This document shows, in pieces, positions 12,880-23,895 of a DNA stretch of 64,000 nt (within the stretch, counting starts at the first letter, position 1; every line of letters begins with the position of its first letter). Source of the DNA: Antechinus flavipes (lineage: Eukaryota); assembly GCF_016432865.1 (NCBI RefSeq), contig NC_067400.1, forward strand, positions 358,670,001-358,734,000, given 5' to 3'. The notes beneath the pieces were generated by a model, which saw only the letters and a list, made by a program, of their open reading frames with translations, did no database searches and had not been told where the DNA came from. The translations under genes and the position numbers were made by a program.

Positions 12880-13335
12880 ATAGTTAAATGCTTGTGGGGA
12901 AAATAATCTGGCTTATTTGGGAAATGATTCAACAAATGAGTATATGAATATAATGGAATTTTGTGGAATAATGAAATATAAGTATATTGGAATATAATAT
13001 AATGGAATATAAGGAATGAAGAATATGAAGAATTTGGAAAAGCATGGGGAAGGATCCTGTGAAATGATACCAGGTGTCAAAAGCTGAACCAGGAGAATGG
13101 CTACAATAACTTACATAAAAACAATGCAAAAAGCTGCTGAACTTAGGATATGTAAAATCAGTAACCAATCCTGAGATCAAATGGATTTAAGATGCTGACT
13201 GTGATTGACACTGACAGATGCAGTTCCTCTTTCAGTTGACTAATTTTTCTTATGTATGGTAGTGTGTTGAGTCAAGAAAAAAACATTTTGGGGATGTAAA
13301 AATCAAATACATAAATCATTTTTTTAAAGTAAAAA
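12880..13335 (+). mobile_element. Old L1 3' end (ORF2 terminus and 3'UTR)
   Basis: aatataatggaat motif, gaatttggaaaagcatgggga, gctgaaccaggagaatgg, A-rich end. Confidence 0.55.
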
Positions 13336-13435
13336 TATATACTATTTCTGAAAATATTCTAGTTTTCTATAAAAGCTTGTGAAAATGACATTCATTCAAT
13401 TAATCAAAATCCTTTTATTAATCTACATCTCCCCA

Positions 13436-13830
13436 TTTAGTCATCTAGGTAGCACAATAGAAACAGTCTGGAGTCAGGAAGCCCTGAGTTCAAATTTTAC
13501 CTCAGGCACTTACTAGCTTGTGATTCTGGTCAAGTTACTTAATCTCTGATTGCCTCACTTTCCTTGCTAGTAATTTATACTTCTCATATACACCAACTGA
13601 GTTAATATGTGTAAAGTACTCTGCACAGTGTCTGGCACATAGTAAACACCATATACGTATTTGTTATTATTACTATTCTTATTATTATTTCTCTATTTTT
13701 GTTTTCTCAAGTATAGTATGGGGGAAAATAATAGCACCAACTTCCCAGAGTTGTTATGAAGATCAAATGAGACAATATTTGTAAGAGCACTTATCACTTT
13801 GTCTGATACATAGTAGGCCATATACCAATA
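13436..13830 (+). mobile_element. Two adjacent MIR-family SINE fragments
   Basis: ggagtcaggaagccctgagttcaaat head with gtaaagtactctgcacagtgtctggcacatagtaa tail, followed by a second tail (gagttgttatgaagatcaaatgagac). Confidence 0.75.
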
Positions 13831-13849
13831 TTTATTTCCTTTCCCTTTT

Positions 13850-14560
13850 CATGGGTGTATAAAGAGACTAAAGAATAATCAGACATGTAAGAGAGGACCA
13901 AGAGAGACACATATCACAAAGTCCAAGTGAAGAAAGAGTTTTGAAGAGTGAGTTTCAAATGTTAAAATCTGAGAAATTAAGATGAATGGAGACTGAGAAA
14001 GGATCATCATATTCTTCAATTTTTTTTTTCCTGAGGCAATTTGGATTAAGTGACTTGTCCAGAGTCACACAGCTAGGAAGTTTTTAAGTGTTTAGGCTAT
14101 TTCACTTGGGTATTAGAGGCCAAAGTGAAATGGGTTGATAAATGGGTGGGACTTGAGAAAGTCATAGGCCTAATTTGAGAAGGAAGTATGGTATAGAGAG
14201 ATAGAAGATTGGAGAGCTAGTGTAAGAATGTGAAAAGGGACTCTCATTCTGTGGAGCAGTGAGACCCGAGTTGTTTTTTCAGTCACATATGACTCTGCAT
14301 GAGTCCATTTAGAGTTTTCTTGGCAAAGATGCTACATTGGTTTGTCATTTTCTTCTCCAGCTGATTTTACAAAGGATGAATTTGTAATTCTATTTGGATT
14401 GTTTGACTTAGTGACTTGCCCAGCGTCATATATCTAGTAAGTGTCTGAGACCAGAGTTTGAGCCAGAAAAATAAGTTTTCCTGACTTCAGGTCTAGTACT
14501 CTATCCACTGTGTCATCTACCTGCCTACCTTGTTGAGATAAGAAGACATGAATTTTAGCC
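13850..14560 (-). mobile_element. L2 fragment interrupted by two SINE insertions (about 14020-14095 and 14270-14525)
   Basis: L2-like purine-rich sequence (gagactgagaaagg, aggccaaagtgaaatggg) broken by antisense CORE-SINE sequence (taagtgacttgtccagagtcacacagctagg; ttttcctgacttcagg). Confidence 0.6.
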
Positions 14561-17499
14561 TAAGATTCTGATATTCCATAACGAAATTAGATAAGAACTA
14601 TGACTGCCTAGACTTTCTACAGTATAATTCCTTCTAGGTGGCCAATTAAATTAATTTTTATTAAGTCATGAATCTTAAAGAAGGAAAAGTATAGCATAGG
14701 AAAAAGATTCATTTATATATGTATGTGTATATTTTTACATACATACATATATTTTCTGTCCTCTAGTTCTGGCCCTAGAACCCCTGAACCTGTACTAGTG
14801 GGCTCTTGGAATAAATAAGTCGCTAAGCTGAAATGTAGTGGAATTCAAAGAAACTTGTCAAAAGCTGTTCAAAGTAGATACTAGAACAGATATGGATGGA
14901 GGATGGAGAAGAAAAGGAGTCTGAGAGAAAAAATAAATGGTGGTAGAAGAAATTGGATAAGAAAAAATATGAAATTGGCAACAACATTCTTTAATTATTA
15001 TTGATGAAAGTGCCTCAAAGTTAACAATCTCCCCAATCCAGTCTCCGAATCTTGGTGAACATGCAATGAATATCTTATAAGGTGTCCCAAATATCAGTGG
15101 CAAAAAATGATTAGTACTCTTTTTGATTAAAATATCCCTTTTTATGTGTGGTAGTCTAGAGAGCTTACATAGAGTCAAATAAATAACGGGCTTTCTTGAC
15201 TGAACAATAATTAAATATAGTTTCCTCTGATGTGGAAAAATGTTCTTTATGGCACACAAGACTCTCTGGAAAGACAAGACAAATTAAACATAAATTGGCA
15301 AATGGTTATAGAATGCCTGAAAATTCCCTTTGGTTAATTTGAAATGAATGGGACATTATGTGGCCACTTTTAATTCTGAGAAAGACCTCCTATCTAGAGT
15401 TCCCTTATCCATGCTAATTAATATCCTGAAAAAGAAACATTAACGCAAAATGGAGACACTTATCTGTTCCCATGACTGGGGTCACATGCTATCAGCTATG
15501 TGAAGATTATGACCACACACAGGCCTGTGTATTCCTATAGTACCAAATGGATATCCATTTCATAAGAACAGATATTTTAATGTATCATTAAGTGAGACAC
15601 ATGGAAGCCAATTATTTTTATAGTTTCCTTTACTCTCCCCTCTATTCTATTTAAATTAATCTAATTATTTGGGCACATATATATTTATATTGAGTGGCAG
15701 TTTGTTTTTTTTTTTTAAATCAGATTTACCATTTCCTTTAGGAAAGGTGGAATATTACTGATCTTGCCTTTTCTGTTTCCTTTGAAAAAATCCAACTTTA
15801 ATTAAAATAATATAAAACCAGCTGTTTGCCCTGCTGTGAGGAAGACATTAATACCAGCCATGTAGGTGCCATTTTTTAATCAGCATGTCTGTGAAGCTCA
15901 TGATAAATATACCCCCAGCATGTGCACCTGTGCTGCCATTCTTTTTAATTATACTCTTATGGAGCATAAGTAGCTGTTCAGTCCATAGAATGAGGACCGA
16001 TTAGGAGTGGATCAACACTTCTGCTGATTGAATCACTTCATATTGAGACTATATCATAAATGACAGAACTTGATTTCTGTTTCAGTTAGTCACTCCAACA
16101 GTTCATAAGTAATGAGACAAAATGGGTCAAAGAAAAGAACAATGGCTCTGGAGTCAGAGTGGAACTAGGTCCAAATCCCACCTTTGATACTATTTCCTGA
16201 GGGAAAATGGGCTCAGTATTATCATCTGTAAAATAAGATGATTGTGGATTTATCTTCTAAGATCCCTTCCAAATGTAGAACGATGATCCTATGACCTTTA
16301 AGGTCTATTTCAGTTCTAAATAAGTATGACCAGAAAATGCAAATAATTGACAATTTAATGATGGGTTGCGGTAGAAATATTCATTCTTACATACATTTTT
16401 GTAACTTAAATCTCCTTTTCCCAAAAGAAACAGTAATGTAGTTGGTAGTTAGGTTCTGAGGAAGGTTCACAGATGCCATTTAATTTCTTTTTCCAGGACC
16501 TGAAGTAGAGAACTATTCCCTTTATCTTTCTGCAAACTCTAAGATTGAACCTTCTATTGACCAGAACATGATTTTTCTCTTTCTCAAGCAAACCAAAATC
16601 TTATTCATCATATTTTAAAAGATTTTCTAAGGATATTTTTGGTTTGGTTTTCTGGCTTGAAAATAAAGGAGAAAAAGTTGTCTCCAGTATTTTCTTCCTT
16701 ATTCCCATCTGAAAATTCAGATTCCAATATCTTTACTTTCCTTTATATTCCAGATACAGAGACAAAATAATGGGGGGGGGGGAGTGGATAATGGAGCTTG
16801 CTTCCTACTCAAAAGACTGAAATGAGACTCATCAGCATTCATAGGAACATCACACTTGGGCTATCCTAGTTTTCCAGTCCCCAGTGCTAGGAACTTTGAG
16901 GCAGCAGACATGAAAAGGACCTAATAGATAAAAGAGATGGAACTAGGAATGTTTTAGGATGTATATTCTAGGATATATTCACATTTCAGGCAGCCATTGG
17001 GGCTGGGGGAAAAGAAGCAGGAGAAGCCAAGAAAGGGAAAAAAGGATCAGAAATAAGGATCTATCATTCCTTTCTTTTATCCCTCTTCTCAGATACCACC
17101 AGTCATGCAACTACAAACCCAAATGCAACTAATTCCCTAGGACAGGGTAAAAGGAGGTATCATAAATAGGAAAGAAACGGCCTGGGGAATGGGAAGATGT
17201 AATGGACATATAGGGCAGCTGGTTTAGGAGGAAAAGAGAATGTATATGGGTGGAGGAGATCCCAAGTGGTGCAGAAGGAGGCTAGGGGAGTTTCTATGGC
17301 AATGTCCTATCCATGTGGCCTTGTGTAAGGACCAAATGTAAACCAAGCATAAGTAAGATGGGAGATTGCCTATAATTTAATATCTTAATATCTATGTGTC
17401 ATGAAAAATGACTGTACCCAGGCAAGAGCAAATTTTCACACCAATTAAGAAAGGCAATTTATTGCCATAAGGTTCTTAGTTAGTCAAAAAGAACATATG

Positions 17500-17810
17500 A
17501 TAAATTATGCAAACATTTTGTGAATTTCCTTCCAGTATGCAAATTTTATGTAATTAGCTATCATGTTTTTCATGCAAAATTAAATTTGCTATAATAATGA
17601 ATCACAATCAGGAATAAGAATATTCAATGGGAAAGAAAACCTATTTTTATTTTCATTTTTATAATTGAGAAGATGCAAATGGAGGAAGAAAGTGATTTAG
17701 GAGAGGTACTGTCATTTATATGGAGCAAGCAAAATCTACTGCAACAGAAAGAGGTAGGGACCTTAGTTTAACTCTGTACAGATGTTTGCATGCATTTCAT
17801 GTTTGCAAGG
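17500..17810. promoter_or_regulatory. Homotypic octamer (POU) motif cluster, candidate enhancer
   Basis: ATGCAAAC 17507, ATGCAAAT 17537, ATGCAAAA 17572, ATGCAAAT 17673, GTTTGCAT 17784 (reverse ATGCAAAC), in non-repeat sequence. Confidence 0.45.
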
Positions 17811-19639
17811 GTCTAGAGACCATTTTCAGTCTTCCACAAGAAGCAGAAACAGTGTGATGTTCCTCCTACCCATAATTTATTCAGAAGATTGGAGGAAGTA
17901 TGTTAATGATGGGTCTGCAACCAAAATAGCTACAGCCTGTTAGACAAAATTGTTTAATTATTGTCAAACAGGCAGAAAAACCACTTTGGCCTATTCCTTC
18001 ATTTGGACTAGTGTCTACTTTATAAGCCTGTAAGTGTAGGCTTATGATCTTTATAAATCTGATGAGTAGAGCTATTAATTATTTTTGTAATCTCTTTCTT
18101 ATTGATCTCCTGACATCAAAAATAGCAACAGTACATTGAAGCATCTCAAAAGCACAGTTCCATATTCTTTTGAAGACAGGCTAATAAAAGTTCTTTACTT
18201 GTGTGCTACCTTTCTCAGATGATCATCAAATTGGAAAAATCCTGGGTATGATGGGAAGTAGTGACTCACTGGGGAAAGTGTAAGAAGGCAGGAGTCTTAT
18301 AATTTCTTCTGCTTACTCGTCCTTTAAGGCTCTTAGATGAGGATGAGTGTTTTGACAACAGTCTACAGAAGAAAGCTTGTATAAAAGAGGTTTGCTCTTT
18401 AAGATTAAGATATAGCCTTCAGGACTCCTCCTTATATGATCCAGTATTTCTGAATTAATCCCTTGGGAAGGCTAATAAGTATCTTCTGTTAAAAGATGGA
18501 GAATAACTGACAAAATAGCAAGCAGCAAAAGAACTGAGTTAAGTGATAGAAAACAAAGGATAGCAAATGCCTCTTACTAGAAAAGAAGAGAACAGAGGAA
18601 CAAAGAATACAGCAGGAAGCACCAGGTGCAGAAGTGAGTAGATAGGATGAGAAATGAATATTAGAAAATAGGGCCTGCAAACAATACCGTTAGCAAAAGG
18701 AAGAGCCCAGATTGTTGAGTAAAGAGATCTGCAGCGTAATGCTAGAGACAACTAGTAATGGAAAGCTGGGTTAAAAAGAGTAGGTGGTGAGAGCTATTGG
18801 AAGCAAGACATGTAGAACAGATAAAAGAGCCATAGCAAGGATCATTTTTGTCTGGTAAGCTGAAGTTCTACCCCGGTAATATTATACATCACAGAAACTA
18901 TCAAAATTTATGTTGGAAAGTTGTTCACTATGGCAACAAGGGATATCATTACTACTACTTTCTAGAAACTTGAGATCAAATATGAAACAAAATTATGACC
19001 AGTTATGCATGACTCAGTACAAAACAGATTGCTAGGAAAGTCCTACTCATTGGATTGAGGCAGAGATTATCATTACTTTCTAAAGACTCAATGAAAGGTT
19101 TATCTGTTTTTATTAAGTGAGAAATTAAATATCTGTGTCAACTTTTTTTTAGCCTCTGTACTTATAAGGGCAGCTGGTGACTATTTTCCCTAGTACATAC
19201 ACTTGGGAATGCCCAATACTGGAATTTATAGATTATCTGGGTAGGAGCAATGAGCCAGAAAAGTGAAAAGTCCCTAAAGCATACATAGACCTTATATGTC
19301 AAAAAGTAACCTTTGACAAAAAGATTACAAACATTTAATAAATAAAATTAATCAATATCTATTGAGGCATTCTATAATATGAAAATACATAGTTGGGAAA
19401 TATATAGTTGTATGAGAGACCATCTTTGATTACAAAATTACAGACTAAATAGATTAAAAAGACTGACACAAGTAAACTTAAAGACCACAAAATTTAGGTA
19501 ACAGTACTACAAGATTACAAAGTAAACAATAGCAAGGTGAATCATGATGAATATTCAAGTAATTTATTCAAATTATTATTATTATAGAAGTTTAAAGACA
19601 TGAGCAAAATATTTGTTAAATGGAATTGAATTCAATATA

Positions 19640-19880
19640 CAGTGAAGCATACTATTTTCAATTTTTTTTCATGTTTTTTTTTAATCCTTTTGGCCAGTTT
19701 CTTCTTTCACATGACTAATATGGAAAGATGTTTCATTTGATTGTGTATGTATATTATAGAGTTAAATTGTTTCCCATTCTAGGAAAGAGGGAAGGGAATA
19801 CTGAGGAAAATTTGGAATTCAATTTTTTAAATGAATATTAAAATGTCACTGGAAAAAAAATAAAATATCAGTTATAAAAA
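19640..19880 (+). mobile_element. L1 3'UTR terminal fragment
   Basis: gcatactattttca, tttcttctttcacatgactaatatggaaa, ggaaaatttggaattcaa and A-rich end, homologous to 57040-57340. Confidence 0.7.
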
Positions 19881-21094
19881 TTTTTTTTAAAGTTAAATTC
19901 AGACTGAAGTAGACCTGGAAGATTAGAGATCATATGTTTTCTTGTAGTTGTATTACCTTTTTAAAGTAATTTATACAGGTTATCTTATTTGATTCTCACA
20001 ATAATTGAGTAAGTAATTAAGTAAATAGTCACTATTATCCTCATTTTGGAGATGAGAAAAGTAAGGCTCAGAAAAGTTTATAAGCTTGTCAAAGATCTCA
20101 TAACTAATTATAGAAAGAATCTAGACTAGGACTCAAGCCTTCTGACTTCTACTAGACTGCTCCTTCTACTTACTATTCCATGATATTATTTAAAACTATA
20201 AAAGATCATAGTTGAAAATTTGGCACTATTCTAAATGGTTTTCATTTTCCATGTGTCCAATAGCATGTAAAATCAACATATTCTGCTTAGCTCTCATTCT
20301 TAATTTTATTTCATACTAGCTATGTGGCCTTACTCAAATCATTTCTCTTCTGAGTTTTAATGTGTTCTCCCTTAAACGGTAGAAGTGAGACTAGAATCAT
20401 AGAAGTGAAAGGTCCTCACACTATCTAGTCCAAACCCCTCTCTCCCCCTTCTTCTCCTCCTCCTCTTTCTGCTCTTCCTTTTCTTTCTCCTCCTTTCCTT
20501 TTTTTTTCCCCCACATCTCCTCTTTATTCTTTTCAGAAGAAACCCAGAGATCTGGTATGGAACTAGCATACTTCTCACTCTTTTACAAGGTTTTCTTCTG
20601 GAAAGTTTCCTCTGGAAATAATTTGTCCCAAGTTATAGCAGCAATAAGAATCAAGACAAAAACCTGAGTATGAGCATTCTAAGATATGCATTGCTTAGAC
20701 TGCTGCCTCTCTGGTTACTGAAGAGATCATTGATTTAGAGCTGGAAAGAAACTTAAATATTATTTTAGAGGTTATCTCTTTATTTTTCCAATGAGGAACT
20801 GGGGCTCAGAAAAGATAAAAGTCTTGGATATTGTCTTCCTTAGAGCAAAAATGTGATTTGAACTAAAATCATCTGACTTTAAAGCCAATGTTCTTTTAAT
20901 ATAAACACAAACATAAACACTTAATTTGAGTTTTTATATCTACAATTATTATAAATAAGCATCTTTAGAACTAGAAAAAGTTGAAACATGCTTTTAAATT
21001 GGACTGGCATTTTTATTTAACTCATACTGCTTGTGGCCATGGGAAATAAGAACATGAATCATCCACCAATAATCAAAGTATCTAATATCTGTCT

Positions 21095-21295
21095 ATACAT
21101 TGGATAAAGCCCCGGGCCTTGAGTCAGGAAGGTGTGGGACCAAATCTGGCCTCAGACACTTAATGCCTTCAGTTTCATCATCTATAAAATTAGCTGGAAA
21201 AGGAAATGGCAAACCACTCTAGTACCTTTGCCTTGATGAAAAAATGGGTCATGGATAATTGGATACCACTGAAAATAATGACTGGACAACAACAC
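21095..21295 (+). mobile_element. MAR1-type SINE with internal deletion
   Basis: gagtcaggaag ... aaatctggcctcagacactta joined directly to cttcagtttcatcatc; aggaaatggcaaaccactctagt tail ending ggacaacaac. Confidence 0.75.
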
Positions 21296-22005
21296 ATTTC
21301 TGCCAAGAGATTCAACCTCTTCCCAAATCAAAGTATTTGTTATGTTATAGCTTTAATAAAATATAAAAATATTCTTCAAAAAAGTTTGCAGTCTTTTGTC
21401 TACTTCTGCCCAATCTTCCCTGGAGGTGCCTTCTTAGTTATGAAAGAATAACTTTATCAAGCCCCACTAAAGAGAGAGGGACAGTAAGAGGAATGGTATC
21501 TCTGTATTTTCTTTAAGCCAAATCATGAACATCTGAAATACATTAGTGTGACTCATTTGCAATTTGAAGAGAAAAACAAATACTGGCCACAAAATATTTA
21601 TTAGCTTTCATTTAAGCTAACTTTGCCTTCAAGGCATGCATTTAACTGAAAGGTTGTCTTGCCCATGGAATATATTTGATGGATAAATTCATCAGAAAAA
21701 TAATTGGACTACACCAGTTCACTTGCAGAGATACAGTCAACATAACCATTTGATTGTCTCAGGTCAAATCATAATTTAATAGGGTTGAGGATTAGTGGAT
21801 AAAGTTTTTTGAAATTGGTGGAGGAAAGAGGAGAAGGTTGCTTCTGTCCAGAATTTTTGGCTGGCCTTGGCCTGACATTTTAGTACCAGTTTGTTCAATT
21901 TGTACCAGTTCAATAGCCCCCATCTAAAGATGTAGTTTTATTATTTCCATTAAGCAATGATAACAAACGGCTACTTTTAGGACAAAAAACAAAATGTAAT
22001 CTACC

Positions 22006-22033
22006 AAAAAAAAAAAAAAAAAAAAAAAAAAAA
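22006..22033 (+). repeat. Poly(A) tract (28 nt)
   Basis: Uninterrupted A run with no recognisable retroposon body directly upstream. Confidence 0.9.
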
Positions 22034-23003
22034 GCAACAAAACAAAAAACCTTCTCCCAAAAGATAGCTACCTGAACCTTTATAAGCTTTCTATCTTTCT
22101 GTCCTGTTTCCTGCAATCTCAATTAGCTTCCCAAAAGGAGGTTAATTTTAATAATTTAGTTTTACTTAGCCTCATTAAAATCAGAAATGGAGAAAGAGTA
22201 AAATGTATTTGTTGTATAAGTAGATGTATTTTACTTCTAATGAAGATTCATATGAATATTAAGAATACAAATGATGATAAAGACATCCCCACTTTTAAAG
22301 AGCAAACAGCTTTTTCTGACATACATAAATTCCCTTTGTAATAGAACACTGACTCCTCATGAGATAGAATTTTGAAAATATTTACTTGGATTACACAACA
22401 TTTCAAAGGTTTTTGTCATAAGGCACTGGAAAATCTACTTCAACAACTTGTGAGTCAGATTTAACTATTGAAATGGCCTCAGGAAAAGAATGATTGAGTT
22501 AAATGCTCCTGGATTGTGGGTTGCCTAGAACTTCATAGTCTGAAACAAAGTGAATCCATCCTATCATTTTGAAAACAAGGAAAGGCAGCAAAGATGAAAG
22601 AGAAGCTCTTTGAACTTTTTTTTTTGAGGACCTCACTTTTCTGTACTTAGAACCACTTTCCTGTTAGATAATGGAAATGCAGCAAATCTTACTTAATTTA
22701 GCTCTTACAACTTCCCTTTGTTACTATACAAAAACTAGAATCTACACATCTAGGGAAATGTACCTCTAAAAGGAAAACAAGTTAACACTAACTAACTACT
22801 AAGCTAATAACTTAGAGAGATCAGGTCCAATCATGAATCAGATACTCATTAATATAATTATTTTGTCTTCTTATGTTGTAACATATAATTTACTTAAGAA
22901 AATCTTAGAATATAGTTCAAATATATCTCATGTATAGGTCTCTGCAGATTTGACTTAAAGGTCCCATAGTTTTCATGTAGACATTCAAAGTCACAAAGAA
23001 TAT

Positions 23004-23021
23004 TGTGTGTGTGTATGTGTG

Positions 23022-23061
<40 letters not shown>

Positions 23062-23073
23062 CACATATATATA
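23004..23073. repeat. Compound (TG)/(TA)/(CA) microsatellite
   Basis: Direct reading. Confidence 0.95.
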
Positions 23074-23504
23074 TTTCAATCATTACTAATGTTTTAACTA
23101 ACCTTAAAATCATGATTCTTATCATTCTGTATCCCCCATAATGACATTTTATCACTTCTGCTGCCATAGTGAAAAGGCCCTTTAGAGTATTGATAGTAAT
23201 TTTTATTTATATTTCTTTCATGAGTTATTATGGCCCCAAAAAGTCATTATTTATTGACTATCTTTCTGATGGAGATGTTGATACATATACATTTATTGAT
23301 TACCAGCTTTATATAAAATCTCTCACTGAGTATTGAGTTTTTCCTGTCTCAATTAATCAAATTTCAATTAAAGTTCTACATTCTATATAAGCCCTTTTCA
23401 AGTCTGTTTTAACCTCACATTCTTCCCTCTAAAATTTTTGTAGATAAAGTAAATTATATTCCAGGTATGAATTATGGACAAGGCAGAATGAAGACTACTT
23501 TGTT

Positions 23505-23605
23505 ATGACTACTACCATCACCACCATCCCCATCTCTACTACTACTACTTCTACTACTACTGCTGCTACTGCTGCTGCACCACCACTACCACAACTGCCA
23601 ATAGT
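23505..23605. repeat. Compound trinucleotide repeat (CAC/CTA/CTG)
   Basis: accatcaccacc ... (cta)n ... ctgctgctactgctgctg caccaccac. Confidence 0.85.
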
Positions 23606-23684
23606 AATATCAACAATAACTGATATATATAATATGGTTTAGTGGGAGAAAGACATATATTTAGAGAAGTGGAACTAGGTGTGT

Positions 23685-23721
<37 letters not shown>

Positions 23722-23895
23722 ATATACATATACATATATATATATATATATACATTCTTACTATAAATGAAACCACAATTCATAAAGATGTATGTACAAA
23801 CATAAAAATATATACATACATATAAATACATATATATTTATATATCTACATATACACACTTACATACATATACACATACATACATGCACACGCCT
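23685..23895. repeat. (TG)n/(TA)n and TACA-rich low-complexity tract
   Basis: Direct reading; explains the ORF called at 23792-24121. Confidence 0.9.

Noticed and set aside
15545-15560. 16-bp perfect palindrome aaatggatatccattt
   Set aside because: A few palindromes with 8-bp arms are expected by chance in 64 kb of AT-rich DNA.
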